64,000 nt of DNA from Alphaproteobacteria bacterium (GCA_964291395.2 OZ219856.1:2048001-2112000), one strand, 5' to 3'; positions 18,692 to 29,230 are shown, counted from the first letter of the stretch. Notes: generated from the sequence alone by a model not told the origin. A program made the numbers and translations.

Positions 18692-18776
18692 CCCGCGCTC
18701 TGATATCACTCCTTGCCGGATAGTCCGGCTATGTCCCGCATCTCGCCGGACCGATACAGCCAGAGGGAGTACCGAT

Positions 18777-19217
18777 ATGCCGCTCTACGAGAACGTGTTT
18801 CTCGTTCGCCCCGACGTTTCCGCGAGCCAAGTGGAATCGTTGACGAAGGAATTCGGCACCATCATCGAAGAAGGCGGCGGTTCCGTCCCAAAAGTCGAAC
18901 ACTGGGGACTACGAACCCTCGCCTACCGATTGAAGAAGAACCGCAAGGCGCACTACGTCCTGATGAATCTCGATGCGTCGACCGACGCGGTCCACGAGAT
19001 GGAACGCAACATGCGCATTCACGAGGATGTCTTGCGTCACTTGACGATCAGAGTCGAGGAGCTGGAGGAAGGGCCGTCGATAATCATGCAGTCGAAAGGA
19101 AGCCGCGATGATCAGCGGCGGAGTGAGCGCGGCGGACGAGGTTCAAGGAGCGAGACACCTTCGAGCGTTCAGGAGACCGAGGCCCGCAAAGACGTCAAAT
19201 CGGGAGATGAACAGTGA
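18777..19217 (+). CDS. rpsF: 30S ribosomal protein S6
   Basis: [33 protein letters not shown] and EDVLRHLT. Confidence 0.97.
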   Translation: MPLYENVFLVRPDVSASQVESLTKEFGTIIEEGGGSVPKVEHWGLRTLAYRLKKNRKAHYVLMNLDASTDAVHEMERNMRIHEDVLRHLTIRVEELEEGPSIIMQSKGSRDDQRRSERGGRGSRSETPSSVQETEARKDVKSGDEQ

Positions 19218-19468
19218 ACGCGACCCGACCATCACCCTCTCCGACGCGGCGCGCGTTCTTCCGGCGTCGGAAGTCATGCCCGTTCTCCGCACCGGGGGCA
19301 CCGAAGATCGATTACAAAGACGTGAAACTGCTGCAGCGGTTCGTTTCGGAGCGGGGAAAGATCGTACCGAGCCGGATTACAGCGGTTTCGAACAAGAAAC
19401 AACGCGAGCTCGCCCGGGCCATAAAGCGCGCCAGATTTCTGGCGCTGCTCCCGTACGTGCTCCGCTAG
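19214..19468 (+). CDS. rpsR: 30S ribosomal protein S18
   Basis: [29 protein letters not shown] and [13 protein letters not shown]. Confidence 0.98.
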   Translation: MNATRPSPSPTRRAFFRRRKSCPFSAPGAPKIDYKDVKLLQRFVSERGKIVPSRITAVSNKKQRELARAIKRARFLALLPYVLR

Positions 19469-19499
19469 GTCCGACGGGACGGGCGAGGTCCGTGCCACG

Positions 19500-20441
19500 A
19501 TGTCGAGATCGACATTTTTTGCGGTAGGTGCGGGATTCGTCAGCGCACTCCTCTACCTCTCCATCCTGGCAGGGTCGCCGGGAGCACTCATCCTCGCCTA
19601 TCTGTCGTCGCTTCCCCTGTTCGCGGCGGGATTGAGCCTGGGTGTCGCGCCGCTGTTGGTCGCCGCCGCAACGGGGACGGTCGTAACCGGGATCGGTGAC
19701 GAATTCCTCAGCGCCGCGATGTACGGAGGTTTGACGGCGGGACCCGTCGTCTGGATCGTTCATCTCGCCCTGTTGTCCCGGCGAGGCTCCGGGACGGTCG
19801 AGTGGTATCCGGCCGGGCGGCTGATCACCTGGTTGTCCGCCTTGGCCAGCGGCTACTTCCTGATCGCCGTTGCGGCTTTCTCCGCACTGGCGGGCGGGTT
19901 ACGAGGGCATGTTGAGCGATTTCTGACAACCATCCTGGAAAAACTATCGGGCCGCCCCTGGGTAGAGCTGGAAGGCGTACACGCGCTCATGGAGGTGTGG
20001 GAGCCGTTGTTCCCGGCGCTCGTGGGCGTGTCGTGGATCATCATGCTGTCCCTGAACGGGGTGCTGGCCCAAGGCCTTCTGGTCCGCTTTGGCCGGAACC
20101 TGCGCCCATCCCCGAAGATGACCGTCCTGCAGTTGCCCCGTCCTCTCGCCCTTGCCTTCGGAGCCGCGCTGCTGGCCTCCTTGGCGCCGAGCCTGATCGG
20201 TTACGCGGGCACCACGATCTCGGTCTACATCATGGTCCCGTACCTGCTGCTGGGTTTGGCGGTAGTACATGCGCTGGTCGGCAAGTTGCCCGCCGCCCAG
20301 ATCGTGCTGGTGATTTTCTATGTGGTGCTCGTTCTGTTTGGGCTCTTCGGCCTGGCATTGATTTCCGGTATCGGGCTTATCGAACAATGGTTCAATCTCC
20401 GTCGTCGTTGCGGCGTGGTCTACAAAGGTGAGGAAGAGTAA
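19500..20441 (+). CDS. DUF2232-family membrane protein
   Basis: Polytopic hydrophobic protein with EWYPAGRL motif, in the conserved slot between rpsR and rplI. Confidence 0.8.
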   Translation: MSRSTFFAVGAGFVSALLYLSILAGSPGALILAYLSSLPLFAAGLSLGVAPLLVAAATGTVVTGIGDEFLSAAMYGGLTAGPVVWIVHLALLSRRGSGTVEWYPAGRLITWLSALASGYFLIAVAAFSALAGGLRGHVERFLTTILEKLSGRPWVELEGVHALMEVWEPLFPALVGVSWIIMLSLNGVLAQGLLVRFGRNLRPSPKMTVLQLPRPLALAFGAALLASLAPSLIGYAGTTISVYIMVPYLLLGLAVVHALVGKLPAAQIVLVIFYVVLVLFGLFGLALISGIGLIEQWFNLRRRCGVVYKGEEE

Positions 20442-21166
20442 TGGACGTCATTCTCATGGAACGCGTGGAAAATCTCGGCCAGATGGGCGACGTCGTCACC
20501 GTCAAAGACGGCTTTGCACGCAACTACCTGCTGCCCCAGCGCAAGGCACTTCGGGCGACGGAGGAAAACCGCGAGAAATTCAAACAACAGCGGGCCGAGT
20601 TGGAGGCACGCAATCTCGAGCGCCGGACCGAAGCCGAATCGGTGGGAACCCGCATGGACGACCTGTCCGTCGTCCTGATCCGGCAGTCCAGCGATACGGG
20701 ACAACTGTACGGTTCGGCGAACGCCCGTGACATCGCCGACGGCGTAACCGGAGCCGGATTCAACATCGATCGAAAGCAGGTCCTACTGGACCGGAGCATC
20801 AAGACGTTGGGAATTCATCCGGTGCGGGTATCCCTGCATCCCGAAGTCACGATATCGGTCAACGTCAACATCGCTCGCTCGGAGGCGGAAGCCGAACAGC
20901 AGGAAGCCGCGTTCCGCGTGGGGACGCTCGCGGCCGGCACCCCCGCCATCGCCCAAGCAGAAGACGATGTAGAGGCTGCCGATGAGGCCGCCGAGAAAGA
21001 TCAAGCAGTCGTGGCGGAAGAGTTCTTCGAGAACACCTCTCTCGCTCCCACCGAAGAAGCCGAGCAAGACAGCGAGTCCGGGACGGCGGCCGACGTCCGC
21101 AGCGAGTCGGGCGACACAACGCCAGATAAAACCGACGCCGCGATGCCAGACGCCAAGGCATCCTAG
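20441..21166 (+). CDS. rplI: 50S ribosomal protein L9 with acidic C-terminal tail
   Basis: [28 protein letters not shown] and IKTLG...LHPEV. Confidence 0.97.
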   Translation: MDVILMERVENLGQMGDVVTVKDGFARNYLLPQRKALRATEENREKFKQQRAELEARNLERRTEAESVGTRMDDLSVVLIRQSSDTGQLYGSANARDIADGVTGAGFNIDRKQVLLDRSIKTLGIHPVRVSLHPEVTISVNVNIARSEAEAEQQEAAFRVGTLAAGTPAIAQAEDDVEAADEAAEKDQAVVAEEFFENTSLAPTEEAEQDSESGTAADVRSESGDTTPDKTDAAMPDAKAS

Positions 21167-21258
21167 CCGCCTCGACCAAGTCACCGGAATTCATGAAACC
21201 CATGCCGCACGGCCCACAAACCGCCGTAGCACAGCCCGATAGGCGTCAACTGCCGAAA

Positions 21259-21298
21259 ACGGTTTTGCGGGTCGCGCGTACGGTTTTGCGGGTCGCGC
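21259..21298. repeat. Tandem 19-bp direct repeat, 21-bp period
   Basis: ACGGTTTTGCGGGTCGCGC at 21259-21277 and 21280-21298, upstream of cfa. Confidence 0.85.
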
Positions 21299-21379
21299 CC
21301 TCCATTAAAATCACTGCCTAGCGCGGGGGATCTCGCCGACGACGGCCGATGGGCGAAGGGTGAAGGCGCTGCGGTTGTC

Positions 21380-22609
21380 ATGCTGCTTGCAAGAATCCTG
21401 AACGGCACGTTCTGCTGGGGCGACTTGGAAATCATCGACGCCCGCGGCAACCGTCATCGATTCACCGGCGAGCCCGGCCTCAAATCGACAATCCGCCTCC
21501 ACGATTCCCGACTTCACCATCGGCTCGTCATGAATCCGGACCTCGAGTTCGGCGAGGCCTACATGAACGGAACGTTGACCATCGAGGAAGGTGATCTCGC
21601 CGATTTTCTGGGGGTTGCGGTCGCGAACATGTATGCACTGGACAGGCACTGGAGTCAGCGCCTGACCAGATTCCTCGGCAGTATGTTCAAGGTCTTGACC
21701 CAGACCAACACGACGCGTCGGGCGTCGCGCAACGTCGCCCACCACTACGATCTGTCGAGCCTTCTTTACGATCTCTTCCTCGACCGCGACCGCCAGTACT
21801 CCTGCGCGTATTTCCTCGATCCCCGGGATACGCTGGAGCAAGCCCAGGAAAACAAGAAACGTCATATCGCGGGAAAGCTCCTGCTCGAGCCGGGAATGCA
21901 CGTTCTCGATATCGGATCGGGGTGGGGCGGCCTTGGGATTTCCCTCGCTCAGCAGGCCGATGTCGAAGTCACCGGCGTAACCTTGTCCGAAGAACAGCAT
22001 AGAGTGTCGAACGAACGCGCCGAGAAGGCGGGACTCGCCAACCGCGTTCGCTTCCTGATGAAGGACTATCGGGAAGTCTCCGGCAAGTTCGATCGTATCG
22101 TGTCGGTGGGCATGTTCGAGCACGTGGGCATCCCGCACTACGGCAACTACTTTCAGAAATGTCGAGAGCTTCTCGCCCGGGACGGGGTCGCCCTCCTCCA
22201 CACCATCGGTCGGTCGTCGGGTCCAGGGGTGACGGCAGCATGGATGCGCAAGTACATCTTTCCGGGCGGCTATTCCCCGGCACTGTCGGAAGTCGCTCCG
22301 GCGATCGAGAAATCAGGCTTGAAGCTGACCGACATCGAGGTCCTGCGTCTCCACTACGCCGAAACGATCAAGGAGTGGCGTCGCCGCTTCCTGGCGAATT
22401 GGCAGGAAATCTCGTCTCTCTACGACGAGCGGTTCTGCCGCATGTGGAACTTCTATCTGGCGGGGTCAGAGGCGGTGTTCCGATACGGAGACCATATCGT
22501 CTTCCAGATTCAGTTGGCCCGCGAGCACAAGGCGGTGCCCCTGACCAGAGATTATCTTTACGAACGGGAACGAACCGGCAACCGAGATCGACGATCCGCC
22601 GTCGCTTGA
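21380..22609 (+). CDS. cfa: Cyclopropane-fatty-acyl-phospholipid synthase family methyltransferase
   Basis: NVAHHYDLS, QYSCAYF, VLDIGSGWGG, IVSVGMFEHVG and YIFPGG. Confidence 0.9.
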   Translation: MLLARILNGTFCWGDLEIIDARGNRHRFTGEPGLKSTIRLHDSRLHHRLVMNPDLEFGEAYMNGTLTIEEGDLADFLGVAVANMYALDRHWSQRLTRFLGSMFKVLTQTNTTRRASRNVAHHYDLSSLLYDLFLDRDRQYSCAYFLDPRDTLEQAQENKKRHIAGKLLLEPGMHVLDIGSGWGGLGISLAQQADVEVTGVTLSEEQHRVSNERAEKAGLANRVRFLMKDYREVSGKFDRIVSVGMFEHVGIPHYGNYFQKCRELLARDGVALLHTIGRSSGPGVTAAWMRKYIFPGGYSPALSEVAPAIEKSGLKLTDIEVLRLHYAETIKEWRRRFLANWQEISSLYDERFCRMWNFYLAGSEAVFRYGDHIVFQIQLAREHKAVPLTRDYLYERERTGNRDRRSAVA

Positions 22610-22803
22610 AAATGATAGTCAACAGTCTCCCGATCCCGTGCCATGCCTTGGAAACGAGGCTGCGCCACTGATAGGGAGTGATGCCTCCCAGCAGCCTCCG
22701 CGTTCCACCCCCTGTGGACAGTTCTTTTCCCCGGGTTCCACGTCCCCAAACCGAGGAATGGTCTACCGCCGACCCGGCCGTTACATTACTACTTGGCCAT
22801 CCA

Positions 22804-24357
22804 ATGGTAGATCAGGCCGTCTCGAGTCATCACCTCTCCGCCGTCGGGAACGGACGCGGCGAGGACATCACCTACCGGGAATCTCCCCACAACATCGAAG
22901 CCGAACAGGCACTGCTCGGTGCCGTCCTCGTCAACAACGAGTCGGCCCACCGCGTGCTCGGATTTCTGGAACCTCAACATTTCCACGAGCCGGTTCATGG
23001 GAGGATCTACGAAGCCTGTCAGAAGCTTATCGAGCGCGGGCAGATTGCAACGCCAGTCACGTTGAGAAGCTATTTCGAGAACGATGATGCCCTGGCCGAC
23101 GTCGGCGGTGCGCAATACCTGGCGAGACTCGCCGGCTCCGCGGTCACGATCATCAATTCCGAGGACTATGGCCGCACGATCTACGATCTCGCGATCCGCC
23201 GACAACTGATCGACCTCGGCGAGGACATCGTCAACCGCGCCTACGACTCGGATATCGATGACGCCGCGATGCAGCAGATCGAAGATGCCGAGCAACACCT
23301 GTTTCGCCTGGCCGAAAGCGGGAAGCAAGAAGGCGGCCTGCAGGCGTTTCAGACCTCTCTGCGGGACGCGGTGCTGGCGGCGGAGGCGGCACATCGACGG
23401 GAAACGAGGCTAACCGGCGTCGCCACGTCGCTTACGGATCTCGACGAGCTTCTCGGCGGCCTGCACCGGTCGGACTTGATCATCCTGGCCGCGCGACCGG
23501 CGATGGGCAAGACGGCATTGGCCGCCAATATCGCGGTGCACGCGGCGGCATCCTATCGCGGCGGAAGGGACGAAAACGGGGAATGGCGGACCGAAGACGG
23601 AGCGGTCGTGGGGTTCTTCTCGCTGGAGATGTCCGCCGAACAGCTCGCGACGCGTATCCTTTCCGATCAAACCGAGATTCCCTCGTACAAGATGCGTCGG
23701 GGCCAACTCAGCGACGATGAATTCCATAAACTCGTCGTCGCCAACCAGAAACTCGAGGAAATCCCCCTATTCATCGACGACACGCCCGCCCTCAGCATCG
23801 CGGCGCTCAGAACGCGCGCGCGGCGCCTCAAGCGACAGGAAAATCTGGGGCTCGTCATCGTCGACTACCTGCAGCTCGTTTCACCATCCGGGCGCCAACG
23901 GCACGACAGCCGCGTGCAGGAAATTTCCGAGATCACGCGGGGATTGAAGGCGTTGGCGAAGGACCTCGACGTTCCCATTCTCGCCCTCTCTCAGCTTTCG
24001 CGCGCCGTCGAACAGCGGGACGACAACCGTCCGCAGCTCGCCGATCTCAGGGAGTCCGGAACGATCGAACAGGACGCGGACGTCGTCATGTTCATCTACC
24101 GGGAAGAGTATTACTGGAGCCGCACGCATCCGAAGCCGAAACGCCGTCGCGACGAGATCGAAGAAGACTTCAACACGCGTATGGAACAGTGGAACCACGA
24201 CTACATGACCGAAGGCCACGCCGGAGAGGCCGAGATCATCGTGGGCAAGCACCGCCACGGTCCCACGGATACGGTGACGGTGTACTTCAGCAATCAGTTC
24301 ACGCGTTTCGGCAATCTGGAGGCGCCCGACCACCTCCTGTCGGACGTTCCGTTCTAG
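22804..24357 (+). CDS. dnaB: Replicative DNA helicase
   Basis: PHNIEAEQALLG, AARPAMGKT, FFSLEMS, IVDYLQL, LSQLSR and DLRESGTIEQDAD. No intein. Start position uncertain. Confidence 0.96.
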   Translation: MVDQAVSSHHLSAVGNGRGEDITYRESPHNIEAEQALLGAVLVNNESAHRVLGFLEPQHFHEPVHGRIYEACQKLIERGQIATPVTLRSYFENDDALADVGGAQYLARLAGSAVTIINSEDYGRTIYDLAIRRQLIDLGEDIVNRAYDSDIDDAAMQQIEDAEQHLFRLAESGKQEGGLQAFQTSLRDAVLAAEAAHRRETRLTGVATSLTDLDELLGGLHRSDLIILAARPAMGKTALAANIAVHAAASYRGGRDENGEWRTEDGAVVGFFSLEMSAEQLATRILSDQTEIPSYKMRRGQLSDDEFHKLVVANQKLEEIPLFIDDTPALSIAALRTRARRLKRQENLGLVIVDYLQLVSPSGRQRHDSRVQEISEITRGLKALAKDLDVPILALSQLSRAVEQRDDNRPQLADLRESGTIEQDADVVMFIYREEYYWSRTHPKPKRRRDEIEEDFNTRMEQWNHDYMTEGHAGEAEIIVGKHRHGPTDTVTVYFSNQFTRFGNLEAPDHLLSDVPF

Positions 24358-24418
24358 ACCGTACATTGCTTCGGATGACGATCGCGTACCGCTTGCCCGC
24401 GGGAGTTGGAAACTAGGC

Positions 24419-25534
24419 ATGTCCAGCGCGGCGCACGCCGGTGCGGTGCTGACCATCAATCTCGCCGCCATCAAATCGAACTATCGGCTGCTGAGGAGGA
24501 AATCGGCGACGGCTCGGTGCGCTGCCCTGGTCAAGGCAAACGCCTATGGCACCGGGGTCGAGCAGGTCGCCCCTGCCCTGCAAGATGCAGGATGCCGCAT
24601 CTTTTTCGTCGCGACCATCGACGAGGCGGTCGCCCTTCGAGGGATTACGGGAGCGGGACCTCAAATATTCGTTCTCAACGGGTTGCCGGCCGAAGCGAGC
24701 GGCGCGTTTGAGGCGCACGACCTGACACCCGTTCTCAACGACTTGGGACAAATCGAACGCTGGGCCAAAGGGGCGCGCATCCGGGGCCGTGCGCTGCCGG
24801 TGGCCCTTCACTTCGATACCGGCATGTCGCGCCTTGGATTGCCCGAGGACGAGACTCAGCGCCTCATGGACGACCCCGCCATGATCGACGGGCTGAACGT
24901 CGAGTATGTCATGAGTCACCTCGTCTCGTCCGAGGAACCCGACAATCCACTCAATGGATGCCAACTGGAGGCATTCTCAACGATCCGAGGGGGATTCCCC
25001 CATGTCGCAGCCAGCCTCGCGAACTCGTCGGGGATATTTCTGGGACCGAAATACCATTTCGACTTGGTGCGTCCCGGAGTAGCGCTTTACGGCGCCAACC
25101 CCCAACCCGGCCATCTCAACCCCATGCGCGAAGTCGTTCGCCTCCGGGTGAAAATCGTTCAAGTGCGCCGCATCGACGCCCCTCAAACCGTTGGATATGG
25201 CGCCACGCATCGTGTTTCGGGTCCCACCACGATCGCCACGCTTCCATTGGGATACGCAGACGGTTATCTGCGGTCCCTGAGCGACCGAGGGTTTTGCTGC
25301 CTCGGAGGGGTTCGAGTGCCGGTCGTGGGACGCGTCTCGATGGACCTCACCACCGTCGACGTTAGTTCGGTGCCTCCCCAGCTTGTGTTCCCCGGCGCCG
25401 AGGTCGACGTCATCGGCGGGTCCGTCCCGATCGACGATCTGGCAGAGAGAGGGGACACCATCGCCTATGAATTGCTGACCGCCCTGGGTGCCAGGTACCA
25501 CCGGGAATACGTTTTAGGAATTGCCGACGAATGA
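24419..25534 (+). CDS. alr: Alanine racemase
   Basis: VKANAYG (PLP Lys), DTGMSRLG, SLANS, VRPGVALYG, GYADG and GRVSMD. Confidence 0.96.
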   Translation: MSSAAHAGAVLTINLAAIKSNYRLLRRKSATARCAALVKANAYGTGVEQVAPALQDAGCRIFFVATIDEAVALRGITGAGPQIFVLNGLPAEASGAFEAHDLTPVLNDLGQIERWAKGARIRGRALPVALHFDTGMSRLGLPEDETQRLMDDPAMIDGLNVEYVMSHLVSSEEPDNPLNGCQLEAFSTIRGGFPHVAASLANSSGIFLGPKYHFDLVRPGVALYGANPQPGHLNPMREVVRLRVKIVQVRRIDAPQTVGYGATHRVSGPTTIATLPLGYADGYLRSLSDRGFCCLGGVRVPVVGRVSMDLTTVDVSSVPPQLVFPGAEVDVIGGSVPIDDLAERGDTIAYELLTALGARYHREYVLGIADE

Positions 25535-25602
25535 TCAGCGCGGCCATCCATTCCTTGGCGACCGTCGGCCGCCTATCCTTGAGAGCGCCGAGGGTCCCAT
25601 AA
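25531..25602 (+). pseudogene. Probable 5' stub of a deleted mlaE-like ABC permease
   Basis: 23-codon ORF MISAAIHSLATVGRLSLRAPRVP, coupled to the alr stop by ATGA. It sits where many alphaproteobacteria carry mlaE-mlaF before radA. Confidence 0.4.
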
Positions 25603-25677
25603 AGATGCAGATGAGACACCCGTGAACGTTCGGATGACCGGAGGATGTCCCGCATACCTTGGGAGAGGTAAGATCTA

Positions 25678-27084
25678 ATGGCGCGGCGTTCTTCCCGCTA
25701 CGTGTGTCAGGAATGCGGCGCGATCGCTGCGAAATGGAGCGGTCGTTGTGATTCCTGCGGCGCCTGGAACTCCATCACCGAAGAAAACGAGCCCGTTTCT
25801 CCGCCCGGCGCCATCGTCTCGGCGCAGGGACGGCGGTTTGAATTTGACACCCTCGATGGAGCCGCCAAGTCGATCGAACGAGCGGTCGTCGGCATTCCCG
25901 AATTCGATCGTGTCTGCGGCGGCGGCCTCGTACCGGGATCTGTCCTGCTCGTCGGTGGCGATCCTGGAATCGGCAAGTCAACCTTGCTGCTTCAGGTCGT
26001 CGCGGCTCTCGGAAAGCTCGGCGTCCCATGCGCCTATTTGTCCGGGGAAGAGGCGGTCGATCAGGTCCGCATAAGAGCGCGCAGGCTGGCGTTGTCGGAC
26101 TCACCGGTTAAGCTCGCCGCGGCCACCGACGTTCGCGGCATCCTCGCGACCCTCGAGGCCGAGGGCCCGGTCCAAGTCATCGTGGTGGACTCCGTGCAGA
26201 CGATGTTCGTCGACTCCCTCGAGTCGGCACCCGGCACGGTGGCTCAGGTGCGCGCGGCAGCCCAATCGTTCATCGGTTTCGCCAAGAAAACAGGATCGGT
26301 CGTTGTGTTGGTCGGCCATGTGACCAAGGAGGGACAGATTGCCGGTCCCCGCGTGCTTGAACATATGGTCGACACCGTCCTGTACTTCGAAGGAGAACGC
26401 GGACACCAATTTCGCATCCTTCGAGCGGTCAAGAACCGGTTCGGTCCGACAGACGAAATCGGCGTGTTCGAAATGACGGACTCGGGCCTGGCGGAAGTCA
26501 CCAATCCCTCGGCACTCTTTCTGACGGAACGGTCATCGGCAATCAGCGGGACCGCGGTCTATGCCGGAATCGAAGGAACCCGGCCCGTGCTGGTGGAGAT
26601 CCAGGCGCTCGTGTCCCCTTCCGTCCTCGCCACTCCACGTCGGGCCGTCGTGGGCTGGGACACCTCCCGACTGGCGATGATCGTCGCAGTGCTCGAGGCA
26701 CGCTGCGGCCTGTCGCTGTTCGGCAATGATATCTATCTGAATGTCGCAGGCGGCCTCAGGATCGGTGAACCGGGTGCAGACCTTGCCGTCGCCGGCGCCT
26801 TGGTGTCATCACACACGGGGATTTCGGTGCCGGAAGCCACCGTATTTTTCGGGGAGATCGGATTGTCCGGTGATGTGCGGCCGGTGAGCCAAGCTGACAA
26901 TCGATTGTCGGAGGCCGCCAAACTCGGATTCTCACGTGCCGTGGCCCCTCCCGGTAAGGGACGGAAATCGCACGATATTCGGATAACCCAGATTGAACAA
27001 TTGAACGAGTTGGTGGCTATGCTGCAGCCCCCGTCGACGAGCGCAGCCGCGGAATCAGGATCCATCCGGCGTCAACATGGCTGA
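25678..27084 (+). CDS. radA: DNA repair protein RadA/Sms
   Basis: N-terminal CxxC...CxxC zinc finger, GGDPGIGKSTLLLQ, KNRFG and Lon-like C-terminus. Confidence 0.97.
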   Translation: MARRSSRYVCQECGAIAAKWSGRCDSCGAWNSITEENEPVSPPGAIVSAQGRRFEFDTLDGAAKSIERAVVGIPEFDRVCGGGLVPGSVLLVGGDPGIGKSTLLLQVVAALGKLGVPCAYLSGEEAVDQVRIRARRLALSDSPVKLAAATDVRGILATLEAEGPVQVIVVDSVQTMFVDSLESAPGTVAQVRAAAQSFIGFAKKTGSVVVLVGHVTKEGQIAGPRVLEHMVDTVLYFEGERGHQFRILRAVKNRFGPTDEIGVFEMTDSGLAEVTNPSALFLTERSSAISGTAVYAGIEGTRPVLVEIQALVSPSVLATPRRAVVGWDTSRLAMIVAVLEARCGLSLFGNDIYLNVAGGLRIGEPGADLAVAGALVSSHTGISVPEATVFFGEIGLSGDVRPVSQADNRLSEAAKLGFSRAVAPPGKGRKSHDIRITQIEQLNELVAMLQPPSTSAAAESGSIRRQHG

Positions 27085-27607
27085 TCTTCCGTTTACCGTT
27101 GCCGACGTCGGTGTACTGATCGTGTTGATCATTTCGGCACTTCTGGCGTTTGCCCGCGGTTTCATCAAGGAAACGCTCTCGGTCGTCGGCTGGGTCGGTG
27201 CGATCTTCGCCGTGCTCTACATTTTCCCGGTGCTACAGCCCTTCGCCCGCGATTTGATTCCGCTAAATATTCTGGCGGACGCCGTAACGGGGAGCGTGAT
27301 TTTCCTGGTGGCGCTCGTCACCATCTCGATCGTCAGCTATGCGATCACTAAACGAGTGCGAGAAAGCTCGCTCAACGCGATTGACCGCTCGCTCGGATTT
27401 CTTTTCGGACTTTTGAGAGGCGCCGTCGTCATCTGCATCGCCTACTTGGTGCTCGTGCAACTCGTGCCCGTCGCCGAACGTCCAATCTGGATTCAAGAGG
27501 CGAGAAGCCGCCCGTCGGTCGAAATTGGCGCGAATCTTCTCATCAAGCTCGTACCCGAAACCGGCTGGGCCTTCAGTAAGGGTACATCAGAAGACGACGA
27601 GGAGTGA
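27077..27607 (+). CDS. cvpA: CvpA-family membrane protein
   Basis: RGFIKE and DRSLGFLFGLLRG; lies between radA and purF. Confidence 0.9.
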   Translation: MADLPFTVADVGVLIVLIISALLAFARGFIKETLSVVGWVGAIFAVLYIFPVLQPFARDLIPLNILADAVTGSVIFLVALVTISIVSYAITKRVRESSLNAIDRSLGFLFGLLRGAVVICIAYLVLVQLVPVAERPIWIQEARSRPSVEIGANLLIKLVPETGWAFSKGTSEDDEE

Positions 27608-27762
27608 GCCGTGCGGCCGACGGTGCAGCCGCCTTCGGACAGGATTTCGAGATTGACATGGATTCGTTCGGGACTCTTCGCCCGAATCCAGGTACAAGGA
27701 GCCGCGCAGCTGCTTGGGATGTCCACCAGCGACCGTATGTTCTTCAAGCTTTCAGTAGGCTG

Positions 27763-29229
27763 ATGGCCGGGTTCGTCCGTCCCGCACACCCGGAAGGCGA
27801 CAGTCGACCCCGCGATGGCTGCGGCGTATTCGCCGTGTTCGGACACGTCGATGCATCGGCGCACACGGCTCTGGGCCTTCACGCCCTTCAGCACCGCGGA
27901 CAGGAGTCGGCGGGAATCGTCAGCTACGACAATGGGCACTTCAATACCCACCGGAGCCTGGGCCTCGTCGGAGATATATTTTCGTCTCCGAACGTCATGG
28001 ATCGGCTGACCGGAAATGCGGCCGTTGGACACGTCAGGTACTCCACTACCGGGGGCACCGTTCTGAGAAACGTGCAACCACTATTCGCCGAATTTTCATT
28101 CGGCGGACTGGCCATCGCGCACAACGGCAACTTCACGAATGGATACAGCCTGCGGCGCGAACTGGTAAAGCGCGGCAGCATCTTTCAATCGACCACTGAC
28201 ACCGAGGTCCTGATCCACCTGATGGCGACGAGTTCCTACCATGCTGTTGAAGATCGGATGATCGATGCCCTCAGGCAGATCGAAGGCGCATACTCGATAG
28301 TCGCTTTGACCAACGACACGGTGTTCGGCGTGCGCGACCCGCTTGGGGTCCGGCCCTTGGTCATCGGAGTGCTCGATGACTCTGCCGTCCTCGCGTCGGA
28401 AACCTGTGCGCTAGACATCATCGGCGCGGAGTTCGTCCGCGATGTGCGGCCGGGCGAGCTGGTCGTCATAGACGCGGAGGGGCTGCACAGCGTTTCGCCC
28501 TTTCCGGCCGCGCGACACCGATTTTGCGTGTTCGAGTACATCTATTTTGCTCGCCCGGACTCAGTGGTCGAAGGCGCCGGTGTTTACGAGATTCGAAAGC
28601 GCATCGGCGCGGAATTGGCCCGCGAGGCACCGGTGGCAGCGGACGTCGTCGTTCCCGTACCGGATTCCGGCACACCGGCGGCGATGGGTTACGCCTCCGA
28701 AGCCCATATTGCGTTCGATCTGGGGATCACCCGGAACCATTACATTGGCCGAACCTTCATTGAACCGACGGATCAGATTCGGCACCTCGGCGTCCGGTTG
28801 AAGCACAACGCCAACCGGGCGAGCATCGCGGGACGGCGGATCGTTTTGGTGGACGACTCCATCGTCCGGGGTACGACATCCACAAAAATCGTCGAGATGA
28901 TGCGGGAAGCCGGCGCCGCTGAAGTACATATGCGGATCGCGAGCCCGCCGATCGCGGACTCCTGCTACTACGGAGTAGATACGCCGGAGAAGGAAAAGCT
29001 TCTGGCGTCGCGCCTCGATGTCGAAGAGATCGCCACCGCTATCGGCGTGGACAGTCTCGCCTACCTGTCGATCGACGGCCTTTACCGGGCTACCGCAGGG
29101 ACGGACCGCAATGACGAGGCGCCGCAGTTCTGCGATGCCTGTCTCAGCGGCGACTACCCGATCCGCCTCATGGACCAAGAAGACGGCGACATTCCCGCCC
29201 AATTGTCGCTGCTCATGGAACAGGTTTAG
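27763..29229 (+). CDS. purF: Amidophosphoribosyltransferase (4Fe-4S type with propeptide)
   Basis: CGVF, LQHRGQE, GHVRYST, AHNGN, VPDSG, VDDSIVRGTT and four cluster cysteines (FCVFE, SCYYG, FCDAC). The frame is also open from GTG 27604. Confidence 0.95.
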   Translation: MAGFVRPAHPEGDSRPRDGCGVFAVFGHVDASAHTALGLHALQHRGQESAGIVSYDNGHFNTHRSLGLVGDIFSSPNVMDRLTGNAAVGHVRYSTTGGTVLRNVQPLFAEFSFGGLAIAHNGNFTNGYSLRRELVKRGSIFQSTTDTEVLIHLMATSSYHAVEDRMIDALRQIEGAYSIVALTNDTVFGVRDPLGVRPLVIGVLDDSAVLASETCALDIIGAEFVRDVRPGELVVIDAEGLHSVSPFPAARHRFCVFEYIYFARPDSVVEGAGVYEIRKRIGAELAREAPVAADVVVPVPDSGTPAAMGYASEAHIAFDLGITRNHYIGRTFIEPTDQIRHLGVRLKHNANRASIAGRRIVLVDDSIVRGTTSTKIVEMMREAGAAEVHMRIASPPIADSCYYGVDTPEKEKLLASRLDVEEIATAIGVDSLAYLSIDGLYRATAGTDRNDEAPQFCDACLSGDYPIRLMDQEDGDIPAQLSLLMEQV

Positions 29230-29230
29230 G

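Noticed and set aside
21380-22609. cfa as a foreign insertion between rplI and dnaB
   Set aside because: This placement is, to my knowledge, common in alphaproteobacteria.
24110-24225. Insertion in the DnaB C-terminal region as an intein
   Set aside because: Short charged loop of the kind seen in alphaproteobacterial DnaB; no intein terminal motifs.
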